From contig MU056000.1 of assembly GCA_013239625.1 (NCBI GenBank), positions 1,612,001-1,676,000 on the forward strand: a DNA stretch of 64,000 nt, in the 5' to 3' direction. The first letter of the stretch is position 1. Each line of letters begins with the position of its first letter. Shown in pieces: positions 25,301 to 38,091 of this stretch. This DNA is from Lama guanicoe (Eukaryota). The notes beneath the pieces are model-generated. The model made no database searches. It saw only the letters and a program-made list of their open reading frames with translations, and was not told the origin of the DNA. The position numbers were made by a program, and so were the translations under genes.

Positions 25301-26929
25301 CCCGGGCAGCTCCCGCTTCCTGGAGGCCAGGCAGCCGAGGGCCCTCCTGAGCCCGTCTCCCTGTGCCCTGTTTGCTGGTTTCATTAGACAGACTCACTCT
25401 TTTTTTTAACTTAATAAAGTTCATTTAAAATAAGGCTTTATGTCATCACTGTAATCAGAACCATCCTGTTTCTAAACACAAGTCGACTGAAACAGGCTAT
25501 TAAATCCTAACCTTAAAATTAACTGTCATTGACAAGGGTGAGTATCTCTAAACCATTTCTAAGATGTTCCTCATTGAGGAAAGCAGGTTTCTCGAGGGGA
25601 GAAACGCTAAGTCTCAGTAAAGGGTGACCCTGCCCGCTGCCTCGGTCAGGGAGGCTCCATGTCAGCGCAGCGGCCGGGACCTGTGCGCGCGGGGCGGTTC
25701 TCCCCGGCGCGTGGCCGAGTGAGGACAGGTGGGCATCTTCTGCAGAACTGCACTCGGCAGGACACACAGGACGCCGGCTCAGCTCTCTCCCCACCTGCTT
25801 TTCCCTGGAAGAGTCTGTCCTCAGTGGTCGGCAGCGCCCTGTCCTCGCCCGTGTCGCCACCCAGTCCTGACCCCAAGCCCTCCGTCTGGACATGGTTTGC
25901 TCTCTGCAAGGATGCTTAGCGCCCCCTCCCCAAGCCAGGGAAACCGAGAAGTGGAAATATTCTATATATTATATAAATAAATACATGTATTTCTCTCCCC
26001 CTCCCCCACCTCTCCTCACCCCCCCCCCAGGGTGCTGGCCCCCACCTGTAACTCCATCTCGGGCTGCAGGCCTCGGCCTGGCCGGCAGAACAGGACCCCC
26101 AGACCGAGCAAATCCCCAAAAGGGGCCCCAACACCCAACATCGTTTGGCAGAGTTTGTCAGGCGAGCCTATTTCAAAGTACCATCCGAAAGTATTTAAAG
26201 TGCAGGAACAGCAGAATCTTTGATTTGATAACTCTTAAGGGAGCCAAAATATTTACATTAAAAACAGATCATTTGGCCCCACTCACATAGTCAGACCCTC
26301 CGAAGAGCTTTTAATGGTCTAGGCGTGCATAGACCTCTTCTAACTGGCTGGTGACCAGGGATGTTCGGTAAGAGTGGCCGACCCCACCCCCGGGGTTAGG
26401 ATTCCAGGCCCGGGCCCTCGGAGGCCAGGGGGCAGCCCCCAGGCGTTACCGCCGGCTCAGTTACCCTGCACCCTCCCCTACTTGCATCCTGTTATTTAAG
26501 TAGAATGCACACGTGGGAACATTTTTGCCGCCCCCTTTGGGTCATGATCTCAAGCAAAATAGAGTTTTGCACACTATTACTCAGCTTTTTGGTTATTCAG
26601 ATTCATCCCCACCAAAAGTGACTGAATACAGGAAATGCTTGAGCGTGCTTGTGAGTTAGGGAGGTCCCAACGTAGGACTATTGCCAACGCCTCCCTTCCA
26701 CCTGACCATCAGATGTTCAAAGCCCGCCCTTCGTGTGCGTTGGTCGAGCCCCCTCCTGGGGCCTCGAACCGGAAGCGCCTTCTCAGATGGCAAAGCGGCC
26801 TGTCTTTCCTTCGCTGACCACGGTGTGCAGACCCCAGGGAGCCTTTCCCTTTGCTGGCAGAGACCGGAGGACCAAGGCCCAGCAGCAGGGACCCCCGGCC
26901 TCACTGATGAGAGAGAGGGGGTCGCTGAG

Positions 26930-27170
26930 AGGAGGTCAGCGGTTTTCACGCGAAGAGCTTCCCTAGTGCCGCAAGCAGTCAGCATCCGAGGCCTCGGGCC
27001 GCGCGGAGCTCAGCCGGGAGAGAGGTGCGCCGGGGAGAGACGCTGAGGTCGCAGAGGGGACGCCTGAGACGCCCCGGGAGCGGGGCGAGGGCGGGCGCCT
27101 GGGCCCGGGCCGGCCGCGGCGTCTCCGGGGGACGGCGAAAGCTGGGGGGGGTGGTTTTCAGTTATCGACA
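26930..27170. promoter_or_regulatory. CpG-dense, island-like segment
   Basis: Very high CpG and GC density with a GGGCGG box (~27088), flanked by AT-richer unique sequence. Specificity is limited because the whole window is CpG-rich. Confidence 0.5.
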
Positions 27171-28298
27171 CGAGAAAGTTTCAAAAACCTCTCTGCCCAA
27201 GAAGAAGAAAGCAAAGCTGCTGCCTTTTGGGTTCACCGATCTTCACTGTACTTGCTACTGTTCGTTTCATATATATTTACTTACTTCTTCTTTGAGGGCA
27301 AATCACTAACTATTACTTTGATCTTTTTAATTATGAAATTTTATTTCCTTCAAAACTCGATTTGAGCCTCTCTTTTTCCCGCTGATGTGTTCAGGAAGCC
27401 CCAAGAAGGGGGAAATTGTAGAAAGTGGTTAAAGACTCAGACCCGGAGCCCCCCCTCGTGTTTTAGAGGCGTTTGCTCTCCTGAAGGGAAGAGACGCTCC
27501 TCAGTGTCAGAGAGTCTTCCTTCCAGAGGGCTTCCATCTCCATAAAGAGGTGGCTTTAAATACATCTTTTTCAACGAACCTTGACTTATTTCAAGCGATT
27601 CCGAGGCACGGGTAGTGTTCCCCGCGGACTGGAGAACGAGATTGATCTCCCTGAAAACCGCAGGACGCCAGCGTCTCCCTCCCCAGGTCCTCCCCTCCCA
27701 CCCCCCCACCGAGAAGAGATGAACCCTGTGATTTACTCAGGAGGCGCCCGGTTTTGCTCTGCGCTGAGCGGGCCTCCTCCCGTGAGGACGCGCACTGCGT
27801 GGGGAGCGCGTGTCCCTCCCCGGCCCCGTAGCAGGGCTGCGAGGTGGAAGCACCTCATTTAATTAACAGACGGAGATAAATTACAGGCTGTGATTTCTAC
27901 TCAAAGTAATATTTCAACAGTCGTACCTTTCTAGTACGTTTTCTTTGTTTTTACAACTGTTCCCTAATCTGAAATAGTTTGCAGTGTCAGCGATGAATGA
28001 GAGTTAATAGTGTTTGCCTTTCATGGCAAGAAACATAGATGTGTAATTCAGTCGAGGGAAGAAAATTAAAAACCGGCTTCATCGGTGAGAGGCGGGGCCG
28101 TTTACAACGTCGATGAGCTGATCTGTAGGAGGTAATGTGTCTCCCCTCAAAGTGCAACAAAACAGGTAGAAACAGTTGCGTGCTTTCGTGACTTTGTCCC
28201 CAGGGTTAACCGGAGGGCGGCAGGTGTTCTGACAGCTCTTTCAGTTCGGTGATGGCCACTTAAGTTGAAAACCTCTTGCCTTTACAAACTGCTGACTG

Positions 28299-28715
28299 CA
28301 GGCAGACCCCGGGGAACCTGTAGGCTCGTTTCCAGACCACTGCAATGAAGCGAATATCCCAACAAAGCGAGTCACACAAATGCTTTGGTTTCCCAATACA
28401 TATAAAAGTTACATAGCTGACACCCTACCACAGTCTGTTAGGTGTGCAACAGGTCGAAAAAAACAGTGTATGCAACTTAATTGAAAAATACTTTGTTGTT
28501 AAAAAGTGCTAACCATCATCGGAGCCTTCAGCAAGTCGTAGTGGTAGCATCCGAGATCACTGGCCACAGACGCCATGACAGATACAACCATGAGAAAAGT
28601 CTGAAGTACCTTGAGAATTAACAACACGTGACTCAGAGACAGGAAGCGAACAAATGCTGTTGGAAAAATGGCGCCTTAGACTCGCTCAGCGAAGGGTTCG
28701 GAAGCACAGCGCCTG
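28299..28715 (-). mobile_element. Internally deleted Tigger1 derivative (TcMar-Tigger MITE, Tigger1a_Art-like)
   Basis: Starts CAGGCAGACC...TTCCAGACCACTGCAATGAAGCGAATATC...GCGAGTCACACAAAT (one Tigger1 end). After GAGCCTTCAGCAAGTCGTA it switches to the other Tigger1 end (GAGATCACTG...ATGCTGTTGGAAAAATGGCGCC). No transposase ORF. Confidence 0.85.
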
Positions 28716-28929
28716 TCGAGCGCATGGACGGGGTGGCGCCCCTGCTGTCTCTGCCCAGTTCCGAGGGGAGAAGAGGCCGCTGGACCAGTTAACGTCTCTC
28801 AGCCTCATGAAGTTAGAACCTGCTGGCTGCATGGATTCCAGTTTCACCAAATCAGGAAGAAGGTCCAGGGAGAGAATAAAACACAAATGAAAGGTTGATA
28901 ACTCAGGAAGTTAACCTCTCAAATCGCTG

Positions 28930-29460
28930 CCTTAAAGAAAGAATCTTTTCATAAATGGCGCTGGGTTCACCATTGAGATAAAGGTACAGTATGATTTGCA
29001 CCTCACACCATATACCGGAAAAAATAAAACCATGGGTATTAGACAACTGTGAAAACCATGAGTTGATTCAATTCTAAAATGGGAGTGGAGATAACTTTTC
29101 TAACTATGGCTGAAAATCCAAAAGCAATAAAATATTCATGAATTTGGTAACAGGGTTTAAATGTTTATGTCAAAACTAAATCGCCGTAAGGAAATTCAAA
29201 AGCTACCTGACAAACTGAGAGGAAAGACAGTTGCCACTTACAGCCTGGGCAAAGGGGGTAATATTGTGAATAGTAACAGAATTTTTAAGAATGAAGAAGA
29301 AAAGAACAAAACTCATAGAAAAATAAGCAAAAGACAAGAGATGCCTAACTTCTCAGTTTCACTCAGAGTAATTTAAAAATCTCACCAGCACCTTATTTCT
29401 CACACCTCAGAGCGGCAACGGTCCCCCAGATTGGCAAACTCTGTAGAAATGGGTACATCT
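28930..29460 (+). mobile_element. Old LINE-1 ORF2 fragment (decayed)
   Basis: 28938-28964 translates KESFHKWRW (L1 ORF2 has KDSLFNKWCW), followed by DLHLTPYT (L1 has DPYLTPYT). A-rich sense strand. Confidence 0.75.
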
Positions 29461-31559
29461 TAACTGCTGGTCATCAGGAAGTGTTCAGAGGACCCTGCAG
29501 GGACCAGAGCCAGACAGCAAACATACGGTGACACTCAGGAGCCAAGCGTCTGTCCTTAGGTGAGAAAATAACTCTCTCCTTTGATTTGACTCTCAGGCTT
29601 GTGGCTTTTTATAAAGTGCCTTTCCTATTATGACAGAATCGGTTTCTGAGATTCTGAAGGGAGCGAAATGGAGCATCTTCTCTTTTCAATCCCTAACCAT
29701 TCTTTAAAAAACGTTTTGTGTAATAGATGTGCCAAGACACGATTTCATAGGCTACAAATCTTGGCCAAGTTCTGAAAGAGGTAGTCTTACGCCGGGCCCT
29801 GGGAGGTGCCCACCGGAGCCAAGGAAGGCAGGAACCGCATTCTCCAGGTGCTCATGGGCGCAGAACAGCAGCGCGGCGCCAGCTGCACCCGCAGCGGCTC
29901 ACCCGCAGTCCTCCAGTCCGCGGAGCTGCCGACCCCAGGGGCGCCACTCCCGCGGGTCACGTGAGGGGGTTGTGGACTGATGATGAACCAGATTTTGGTT
30001 GTGTGTTAAAAATTAGATTTCATTTTATCTTAATTTTGGAGTTGTTTGGGGGCGCTAGAAGTGGGGTGGGTCACCCTGTCACTGGGCCCCCTGGTGTGTG
30101 GCACTAGAGCATCATTGCTGAGCGGCTGAAACCAGTACAGAAAAAGGGCGTCTTCAGAGCCTGGGACCCTGTTTTAGACCACGGCCTCATCACCTCAGCG
30201 GAGGGTCCCCTCTGAAATCTGCTGGGTCTGCAGGGGAGGGAGAGGGACCCCACAGACAGAGGTGGGCAGAGAGGTCTCAGCGCCCAGGGCCAGTGCCCGG
30301 CGCGACTCTGAAGTAGCCCGCCTGCTGCCCCCCAGCCTCCCCTCTGCTTTCCCGGTCTGGTCACGGCCCCCCAGACCCCCCAGGCCCCGTCCTGCCCTTC
30401 AGGGACCCCGCCCAGGCCTGGGCCGCACCTCCCCCAGGTCTGCTGCACCCTGTGTTCGTGCAGGAAGCTGATACTGTTCAGTGCACTTTTTCCTCCCACA
30501 GGTGCAGGCGTTTTAGGGAGACAAAAAGTAGTAATGTGAATATTATTTAGGTGCCAGTGTTTTCATAAAGATCACCCCAGATCTTAGCATTGTGTGCTCA
30601 CACACAGTGGCGTGTTACTGCGTGTATCTCTGGTTCTGTGTAAGCCTCGCGGAGGACGATCCGCGCACACACACGCGCGCAGTCCCCTGCGCACAGACCC
30701 AGCTACGGTCCCCTGTCAGGGCAGCCTGCTGCGCAGCCCTGACTCCCCCGCCCCTGGGAAGGGACGCCCCCTCGAGTGCCCGCAGTCCGGGGAGGCCCTC
30801 CTGTGAGCTAAGCAGCCCCTCGTGCAGGCTGTTAGTCCTCCCAACACTTGCTCAAGTGTCAGCACGGGCCTAGGCTGCGCTCAGCCGCTGGACCAAGAGT
30901 GGGCACCCTGGGCAGGCCCCTCACGTGCGCCCTGACTGAACCACACCCCCCTCCTTCCCCAGCCTCGCTTCTAACCCCATGCCAGGGCTTCCCATCATTA
31001 GCAGGGCAAAGGCGGCAGTACTGGGCATGGAACCTGCCAGCCTAGCCTCTGCCTCCTCTCCAAGCATCTCCCTGTCCCAGGACACCCCTGCCTCCCCAGT
31101 TCTCTGAGCCTCCCCCACTGCCTTCCAGGCCTCCCTCCCACACGGAGCTCCAGCCTGTCCTGAGCCCCTTTGCGCAGCCCCCCGTGCTGCCCCCCAGAGC
31201 TTCTCGGAATGACCAGTCCCTCCCCTGACACTCTCGTCCCAGCAGCTCGGCTCCCAGGGTGACGGCACCCTGCTGGGAGCACAGTGTGCTCGGTGAGCAC
31301 TTCCACAGGGGAAGAGTGAGTGAGTGCCGGGTTCTGCCCTGTCTTCTAAGTCTAGCCAAGCTTCGACTTGCTCCCAGAGACCTGAGGAAGTTCATCAGAT
31401 ACTTCCACTGTCAGTAATCTCTTAGCAGTACCAAAAAAAAAAACAAACCTTCTTTTTCTGGCAGTAAAGAACATAAATAAGAGGTGGAAATTTACATACT
31501 TCATAATTAATTGCCCTTCAAGAATTCATGATCAAAACAATAGGAGGATGAATAGACTG

Positions 31560-31690
31560 CTAACATGTTTATTCAACAGCACGTGGTGAAAGTCGGTGTG
31601 CTGGTCCCAGCGGGCACGCCTCGTGGGCACAAGCAGACAAAGGGCACGGCCTCTGCCCTCAAGGTTGCTAGAGTCTGGTGGTCCTAGTGG
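31560..31690 (-). mobile_element. LINE-2 3' remnant
   Basis: TTTATTCAACAGCAC ... AGACAAAGGGCACGGCCTCTGCCCTCAAGGTTGCTAGAGTCTGGTG resembles the reverse complement of the L2 3' end. Confidence 0.5.
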
Positions 31691-32321
31691 ACCCCATCAA
31701 CCAGCGATCATGGTCACCTCTCAGCCTTCCTGGGCACAAGGAAGCTGAGAAGCGCTGTCCCTCCCCTGTTCGTCCTGGGTGACATGACAGAGCATCCTCA
31801 TTGCTGCTCCAAGTCCAGCCTGGGTCCCTCAGCCTCGGTAGGACCTCTGGCCGCACCATCCAGGACGTAGAGATAGGAGAAGTTCCAGAAACCAGAGCAT
31901 TGCCTTCTCCAAAGCCCTCCAGCCCACCCCCCACCCCTTCCTGCTCAGAGGTGGCCCACAGTTCCGCAGCAGGGCACGCACGGCGCTGACCCTCAGGCCT
32001 ACAGAGCAGCCGGGGTGATTTCCGGCACCTCGCAGCCCAGCCCCGGCCAGCGTGAAGCCTGTTGTCCAGCACAGACACGACCTGCAGACCAGGTGAGGGC
32101 TCCCCGGCATGCTCCTCCCATGTGACGTTGCCGCCGCGTGTCCCAGACCACCTCCGTCGTCACCCCGATTTCCGCTTCTGACCCCAGCCTTCCCTCTGCA
32201 GGGCGCTCCTTGCTGCCTCCCTGTGCCCGAAGTTCCCTGTTTATCAACCTCATGAGCAAACGCTCACTGAGGACCTGTAGGGGGTGTGAGTGAGGGCTTG
32301 CGTTCAGAAGATGCTGGCGGT

Positions 32322-32808
32322 TTCAGGGTCCCCAGGACCACCGCCACCTTCAGCCGTTCCCAGGGGGACCCGCAGTGTGCAGCCATGCGTTGTTACATCA
32401 AAACAGCACAGACCGTGGTGAGCAAGGGGGAGCCGGGGGAGACTGGGCGCAGCTTCCAGAGCCCTCACCCCGTGGGGTCACAGGGCACGCTGGATCCCCC
32501 CGCAGCGCACCGTGACGACATGGACGCCCCCTAGAGACTCAGGGCAGTGGTTCCAAAGGGGCCGGTTGCGTGGGCACCTGCGGCCTGGCACCTGCCGCAA
32601 TTCCAGACTCCCAGCAGGCAGGCAGGATTCAGCCTAAGCCCAGGATTTGGACAAGGGTCTGGGCACAGTGAGGCCCGCTTACCAGTCAGGGCGGTGAGAG
32701 TGCCCCATAAATCCGTCCCCCAGATGCCAGCAGCGGGCCCGCCTTGCCAGCAGCCCTCGCTAAACTTAGCAGTCTCGGGCCTCTGGGCGCACGCGCACTC
32801 ATTTTCTT
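32322..32808 (-). mobile_element. Solo LTR, MER21 family
   Basis: Ordered MER21 landmarks: GGGTCCCCAGGACCACC, GCAGCTTCCAGAG, GTGGGGTCACAGG, TAGAGACTCAG, AATTCCAGACTCCCAG, GGCACAGTGAG, CCCAGATGCCAGC, TAGCAGTCTCGGGCCT. Confidence 0.8.
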
Positions 32809-33122
32809 CAAGAGACTGGAGTCTGACAGTCGCCCTCCACGCAACGTGCCGCCTTAAGGGAAGGCCTGGGGGGCTCCGTCACACGCCGCAGGGCCGCCCC
32901 CGACAGTACGGCTCAGGGAAGGACAGACGTCTTCGGAGGCAGGCTCACTGCTGTGTGCTCCCTTCACAGCCGCAGTCCCAGAATTTGCAACAATATGAAA
33001 ACGCAGCTCTATTGCAAATTAATGGATGCCCCAGTATCCAGGAGTCCCCAGCGTAACGCCTGAGTGGAAATACGAACTTCCTCAATGATATTTTTTAAAG
33101 AGCTGGTTTTATTCTTTCGTCA

Positions 33123-33223
33123 TTTTTTGGGGGGGGGGTAATTCAGTTTATTTGTTTAATGGAGGTACTGGGGATTGAGCCCAGCAGCTAAGCACATGCT
33201 CTGTCACTGAGCTACACCCTCCC
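33123..33223 (-). mobile_element. tRNA-derived camelid SINE (Vic-1-like), internally shortened
   Basis: Reverse complement reads GGGAGGGTGTAGCTCAGTGACAGAGCATGTGCTTAGC...GGGCTCAATCCCCAGTACCTCCATTAAACAAATAAACTGAATTAC, then a C-run and an A tail. Homologous to the copies at 38092 and 41366. Confidence 0.9.
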
Positions 33224-35859
33224 CTGCAAAGATACTTTTCTAAAGGAGAAACCTCCCTGTCCTCAGGCCGCAGGCACGGACCCTGGGACGCCACACCGGT
33301 GGCAGTGATCTGCACGCAGACGGGGGCCGCACTGCCACGTCAAAGACATTCCGGCAAAGTCTGAGCTTAACCACCACTGACTGTTACTTGTTTTACTGAC
33401 TGTTCAGAATAAAAACCAACCGTGATTCCCTCGCTTAGCGCCTCCCACGGGGCCCCCCCACGGCCACGGCCCTGTTCTCATTCCCTTGGCGAGAACCCGA
33501 GACCACGGGCAGACACAGACAACGTCCCCAGCGTCCCTCACACACGTGACACAGGAGGCAGAGTGACATGGACCTCCTTTAATGTCTTTTGAGTAGCCAA
33601 AAGATTAGCATAATTTGACAAGGCCGAAACCAGGAAAACGGAGATTGGTTAAGGAAGAATTTTAATAAAGAGTGAAACTAAACCACGATTCTGGGTTTGC
33701 AATTCCCCCAGCGTGGCTCACGTTTCAGTTAAAACGTGAGGAATATGGGGGCTGCTGCTGGACCCGTGAAGGTCTGCACGCACGGACGTGTCTTGGTAGC
33801 TCACCTCCATTCAACACGGCTTGAAAGCACTATTTGTCATTTCCTCCCAAATCGACCTGAGGTCTCCGGCCATGAGATCGCAGGGACGGGATCTGGTTGG
33901 ACACTCGCTGCAGAGTCACCCCGAGGTCCTCCGTGCGGGAGGCACAGTCACGGCCTGAGCAGCCGCACGTCTTGCTGAGAGCGCCTCCCCTCTCCCGGGT
34001 TCGGCTGAGGAGCCCAGCACGTGCCGGGGGGCTGGGGCAGCCCCCCTGCGGAAAAAGCCTCGCCCACCCTTGGCTGGGGAAAGCCACCTGAGGTTCAGTG
34101 ACCTGAGCCACCGTGAAGAAGGCACCCTCCACCGCGGCCAGACTCCAGCACCTCTGAGCCCCAGCTGGCAGGCTCACGCGCGCAGCCCGGGGCGAGGGCA
34201 CCTGCTCACCCCAGCGCGCCCTCACCCCTCGTCTGAACCCGCCGACGCGCGCGCGGCGTCTGCGAGGGTGGCCTGCCCAGCTACTGTCATTATCCCGGGA
34301 GAATTTGTTCCTCTACTAACTGGTGAAAAAATTACTGTGATTTAGCCAAAGTCTTCTGTCTCTAGCTTAAAGGCTCACGACGTTCTGAAGGCGCCACTGC
34401 TCTTTCCGTTGGGGCGGGTCCTGTCCCCACGGGAGCAGGGAGCTCACCTTCAGAGAGGACAGCGAGCAGTCTGGTGGGGTGTGAAGCGCACCCCTCAGCT
34501 CTTCCCTGTGGTTTTGCATATTTGCAATTTGAAATGTTTATACGGTCGGAAAACAAAAATATTTTCTTGAAAACATCTGCTTGCAGACCATAGGTTTCTG
34601 CCCTTTTATCTGGCTGGAGACAGAAGAGATTCAGGGGCTGCTGTCCAGGGCCTCCTGGCTGCAGGTGGGTCCCAGCAGGTGTTTGCCGGGGAGGTCGCCA
34701 GGTCCCCAGGCTGCACAAGTGCACCCCATCAAACCACGTCGGCAGAGAGATCCGTCAGGAAGGCAGCCCTCTGCGCGTCCGTGTCGGCCTCTCCTGGAGC
34801 TGGAAGGAAAGCCGGTGGCTGGCTCAGAAAGGGACAGAACCTCGTGGAGAGGGGAGGCGGGGAAGCTCCGGACTCAGCGCCAGGCCGTGTCCTTGACGGA
34901 GGCTGAAGAGTCCTTCAAAATGCCAAGAGGCCAAGACGCTTGGTAAACAGGAGACCTTAACATCACGTGTTCCCCAGATCTCACGATGCGAAGCCGGCAG
35001 GTCCTCAGGGGGCCCCAACAGAGCTCTCTTGCCTTTCGCACAGCTGTTGGCGACATTCAGGATTACGGTTTCCCTTCAAACTGGGTCCTTGAAAGATTAC
35101 AATCAGCACAGCTTATCAGGTGGCCCCGGATGGGGATTCAGGATGAGGAGGAAAGGAAGAAATGTGGTTTTAAACTACTGACACTTGAGGGTTGTCCGTC
35201 ACCAAAAAATAACTTGGCTTACCACATGTGCTGGGAGAGCTGGTCCGGCAGTGGGACGCTGTCATGGCAGAAACCCTGAAGCACGCGGCCCTGATTGAGG
35301 GGAGCTTGTAAGGGTGCCAACCCATCTGTGAGGGTGGGATGCTTTATAGAGCTCTCACCTGCAGCACCTGAGTGGCATGTAGCACGTCTGATAGACGGAA
35401 GAGCTCACAGGGTGGTAGGTTAGCAGCATGTGCCAGGTTTTTTTTTTTTTGACTGCATTTAACATAATACTACAAGAAAGATGTAGCTCAGAAAAAAATT
35501 GAGGAATAGAGATTAGAGTCCAGAAATTAAGGGGCTTTCAGAATTGGAAGGTACAGTTTCTTCTTATCAAGGCATGGCCACCAAGCCCTTTGTTAAAACT
35601 GCTGAATAGATGAGGGTACGGCGGAGCAAAGCCACGTTCCGATGGGACAGAATGTCTCAGGCACACGAATGAAGAAGTGTCTCTTCCGTCAGAGCCAGAC
35701 AGGCTCAAGGAGACGGACAGACAGAGCCCCAGACAGAGAACTGACCTGGGGGGCAAAAGAGCAAAGGCAGAACTGCTCTAAGTCGGTAGGAAATTAGCAC
35801 AGAGACCCGCCCGGAATCAGAGGTAAGAAATCCATTATGTTTTCTGTGCTTCGTTTTTG

Positions 35860-36103
35860 TCCTGTTTTTTAACTTTGGTAGACTATAGATAATATTTGGC
35901 ATTTTAACCACTTTCAGGTGTACAGTTAGTGGCTTTACGTAAATTTACATCATTGAGCTGAGTCACCACCACCCCTCCCCAGAGCTGATGCACAGCTCAC
36001 GACACACTGATTCCTCATCCTCTCTCCCCAATCCTCTGGCAACCGCCATTCTGCTTTCTGTCTCAATGAACTTGACAATTCTTATAAATTAAATCATACA
36101 GCA
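35860..36103 (-). mobile_element. Older LINE-1 (L1MB-like) 3' end, first part, interrupted by a younger L1
   Basis: TTTAACCACTTTCAGGTGTACAGTTAGTGGC...CCTCTGGCAACCGCCATTCTGCTTTCTGTCTC...AATCATACAG is typical of an antisense L1MB 3' UTR. Confidence 0.75.
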
Positions 36104-36763
36104 TTTTTTGTGTTTTTTTTAATATGGCTTTAATTGAAGTATAGTCAGTTACAGTGTGCCCATTTCTGGTGCATAGCATCATGTTTCAGTCATATATGGA
36201 CGTATGTATATTCCTTTTCAGACTCTTTTTCACTATCGGTTACTACAAGGTACTGAATATGGTTCCCTCTGCTCTACAGTAGAAACATGTTGTTTAGCCA
36301 TATTACATATAGCAGTCAGTATCTGCAAGTCTCAAACTCCCAATTTATCCCTTCCCACCCGCTTGCCCCCCGGGTAACCATGAGCTTGTGTTCTGTGTCT
36401 GTGAGCCTGTCTCAGTTTTGAAAATAAGCTCATCTGTGTCATTTTTTTTTAGATTCCACAGATAAGTGATGTCATGTGGTGTTTGTCTTTCTCTGTCTGA
36501 CTTACTTCACTAAGTGTGATGATCATCCGTGTTGCCGCAAATGACATTATTTTGCTCTTTTTCATGACTGAGTAGTATTCCATTATAAATAATATTTTAT
36601 ATATATCTCTCTCTCACAACTTCTCTATAATCATCTTTCGATTGACATTTTGATTCCATGTCTGGCTGTTGTAAACAGTGCTGCTATGAACACTGGGGTC
36701 AATGTGTCTTTTCAAACTAGAGTTTCCTCTAGACACATGCCCAGGAGTGGGATTGCTGGGTCA
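36104..36763 (-). mobile_element. Younger camelid LINE-1 3' end (5'-truncated), nested in the older L1
   Basis: Poly-T, then TTAATTGAAGTATAGTCAGTTACA...CTCAAACTCCCAATTTATCCCTTCC...TAGATTCCACAGATAAGTGAT...CCCAGGAGTGGGATTGCTGGGTCA. Reverse complement matches 41490-41700. Confidence 0.9.
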
Positions 36764-37540
36764 GGAATCAGACGGGTATTTATCCTTTTGTGAACAGCTT
36801 ATTTAACATAACACCTTCAAGGTTGATCAATGTTGCAGCATGTGTCAGTTTCCTTTATTTTTAAGACAAACCATATCCCGCTGTGTGGATGGATCACAGT
36901 TTGTTTATCCATCCGTCTCTCAGTGGGTACTTGGGGTGCTTCCACATTTTGGCTGTGCTGCTTTGAACACTGTGCACAGATATGGCTTCTAATCTTTGTT
37001 TTCAATTATTTTGAGCATCCAGCCAGGAGTAGAATAGCTGGGTCACATGGTCATTCTAATTTCCACTCTTTGAGAAACTGCCACACTGTTTTCCACAGTG
37101 GCCACAGCATTTTACATCCCCACCAACCAGGCACAAAGGATCCAACTTGCCTACATCCTTGTCAACACTTTGTTATTTTCTAGAATTTTTTGGTGGAAGC
37201 CATTTTAATGAGTCTGAAGTAATATCTCATTGTGGTTTCAATTTGCATTTCCCTAGTGATTAGCAACACTGAACATCTTCTCATGTGCTTATTGGCCATG
37301 TGTACGTCTTCTATGGAGAAACGTCTGTCCGAGTCCCTTGTCATTCTGTAATCAAGTCGTCTGTTTCTTTGCTGTTGAGCAGTATGTGTTCTTTACACAT
37401 TCTAGATATTAACCCCTTGTCAGATACGTGATTTGCAGATATTTTACTCCATTCTGTGGCTTGCCTTTTTACTCTGTTGTCTTTTTATTCTGTGTCCTTT
37501 GATGAAAGCGAAAACTTTATCAGGCTTTAAAGCCAATTGT
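36764..37540 (-). mobile_element. Older LINE-1 continued (ORF2 C-terminal remnant)
   Basis: The minus strand near 37390-37468 translates [26 protein letters not shown] (L1 ORF2 has [26 protein letters not shown]). The frame is otherwise disrupted. Confidence 0.9.
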
Positions 37541-38091
37541 CCTTTCAAAGAAACTAGAAACGAAGAGGAAAGGGCGGTAGAAAGCACCTGAGATAGCGCG
37601 TGAGACTCTGCACGTACAGCACCTACCAAGCTGGGTTGATGGGTGTTAGTTTTAGTGTATCTTTATTCTAATAATAAAGCCATTGCTCTAAAAGTTTCTT
37701 TTAGAAGAACTTTTTAAAAACTTTCCTTTTGGAATCATTTTATAAAACACATGTTTAAAATTGCAAGGATAATCGGCCTCATTATTCATAAACACATTTT
37801 ATTTTAAGACACCAAATAAAACAGTACTGCTCTCTTGGTTACGGATTTTGCATTTAAATTTTCTTCACCTGCTAAGTGTTAAGAGACTTTGGGCTGGTTC
37901 TATGTAGTAAATCAACTCCCAGCCAGAGAATGTTTGCTGGCACTGAAGGACATACAACCATAATATGATGTACATTCTGACTATTCTGACCTTCAGTACC
38001 ACAGCTTAAAATGGGCCTTGGGTTTAATGTGCCTTCTCATTGGAAACATCTTTCTTAAGAGAGAAAAATATAAATTTAAAAGCATAATTCA

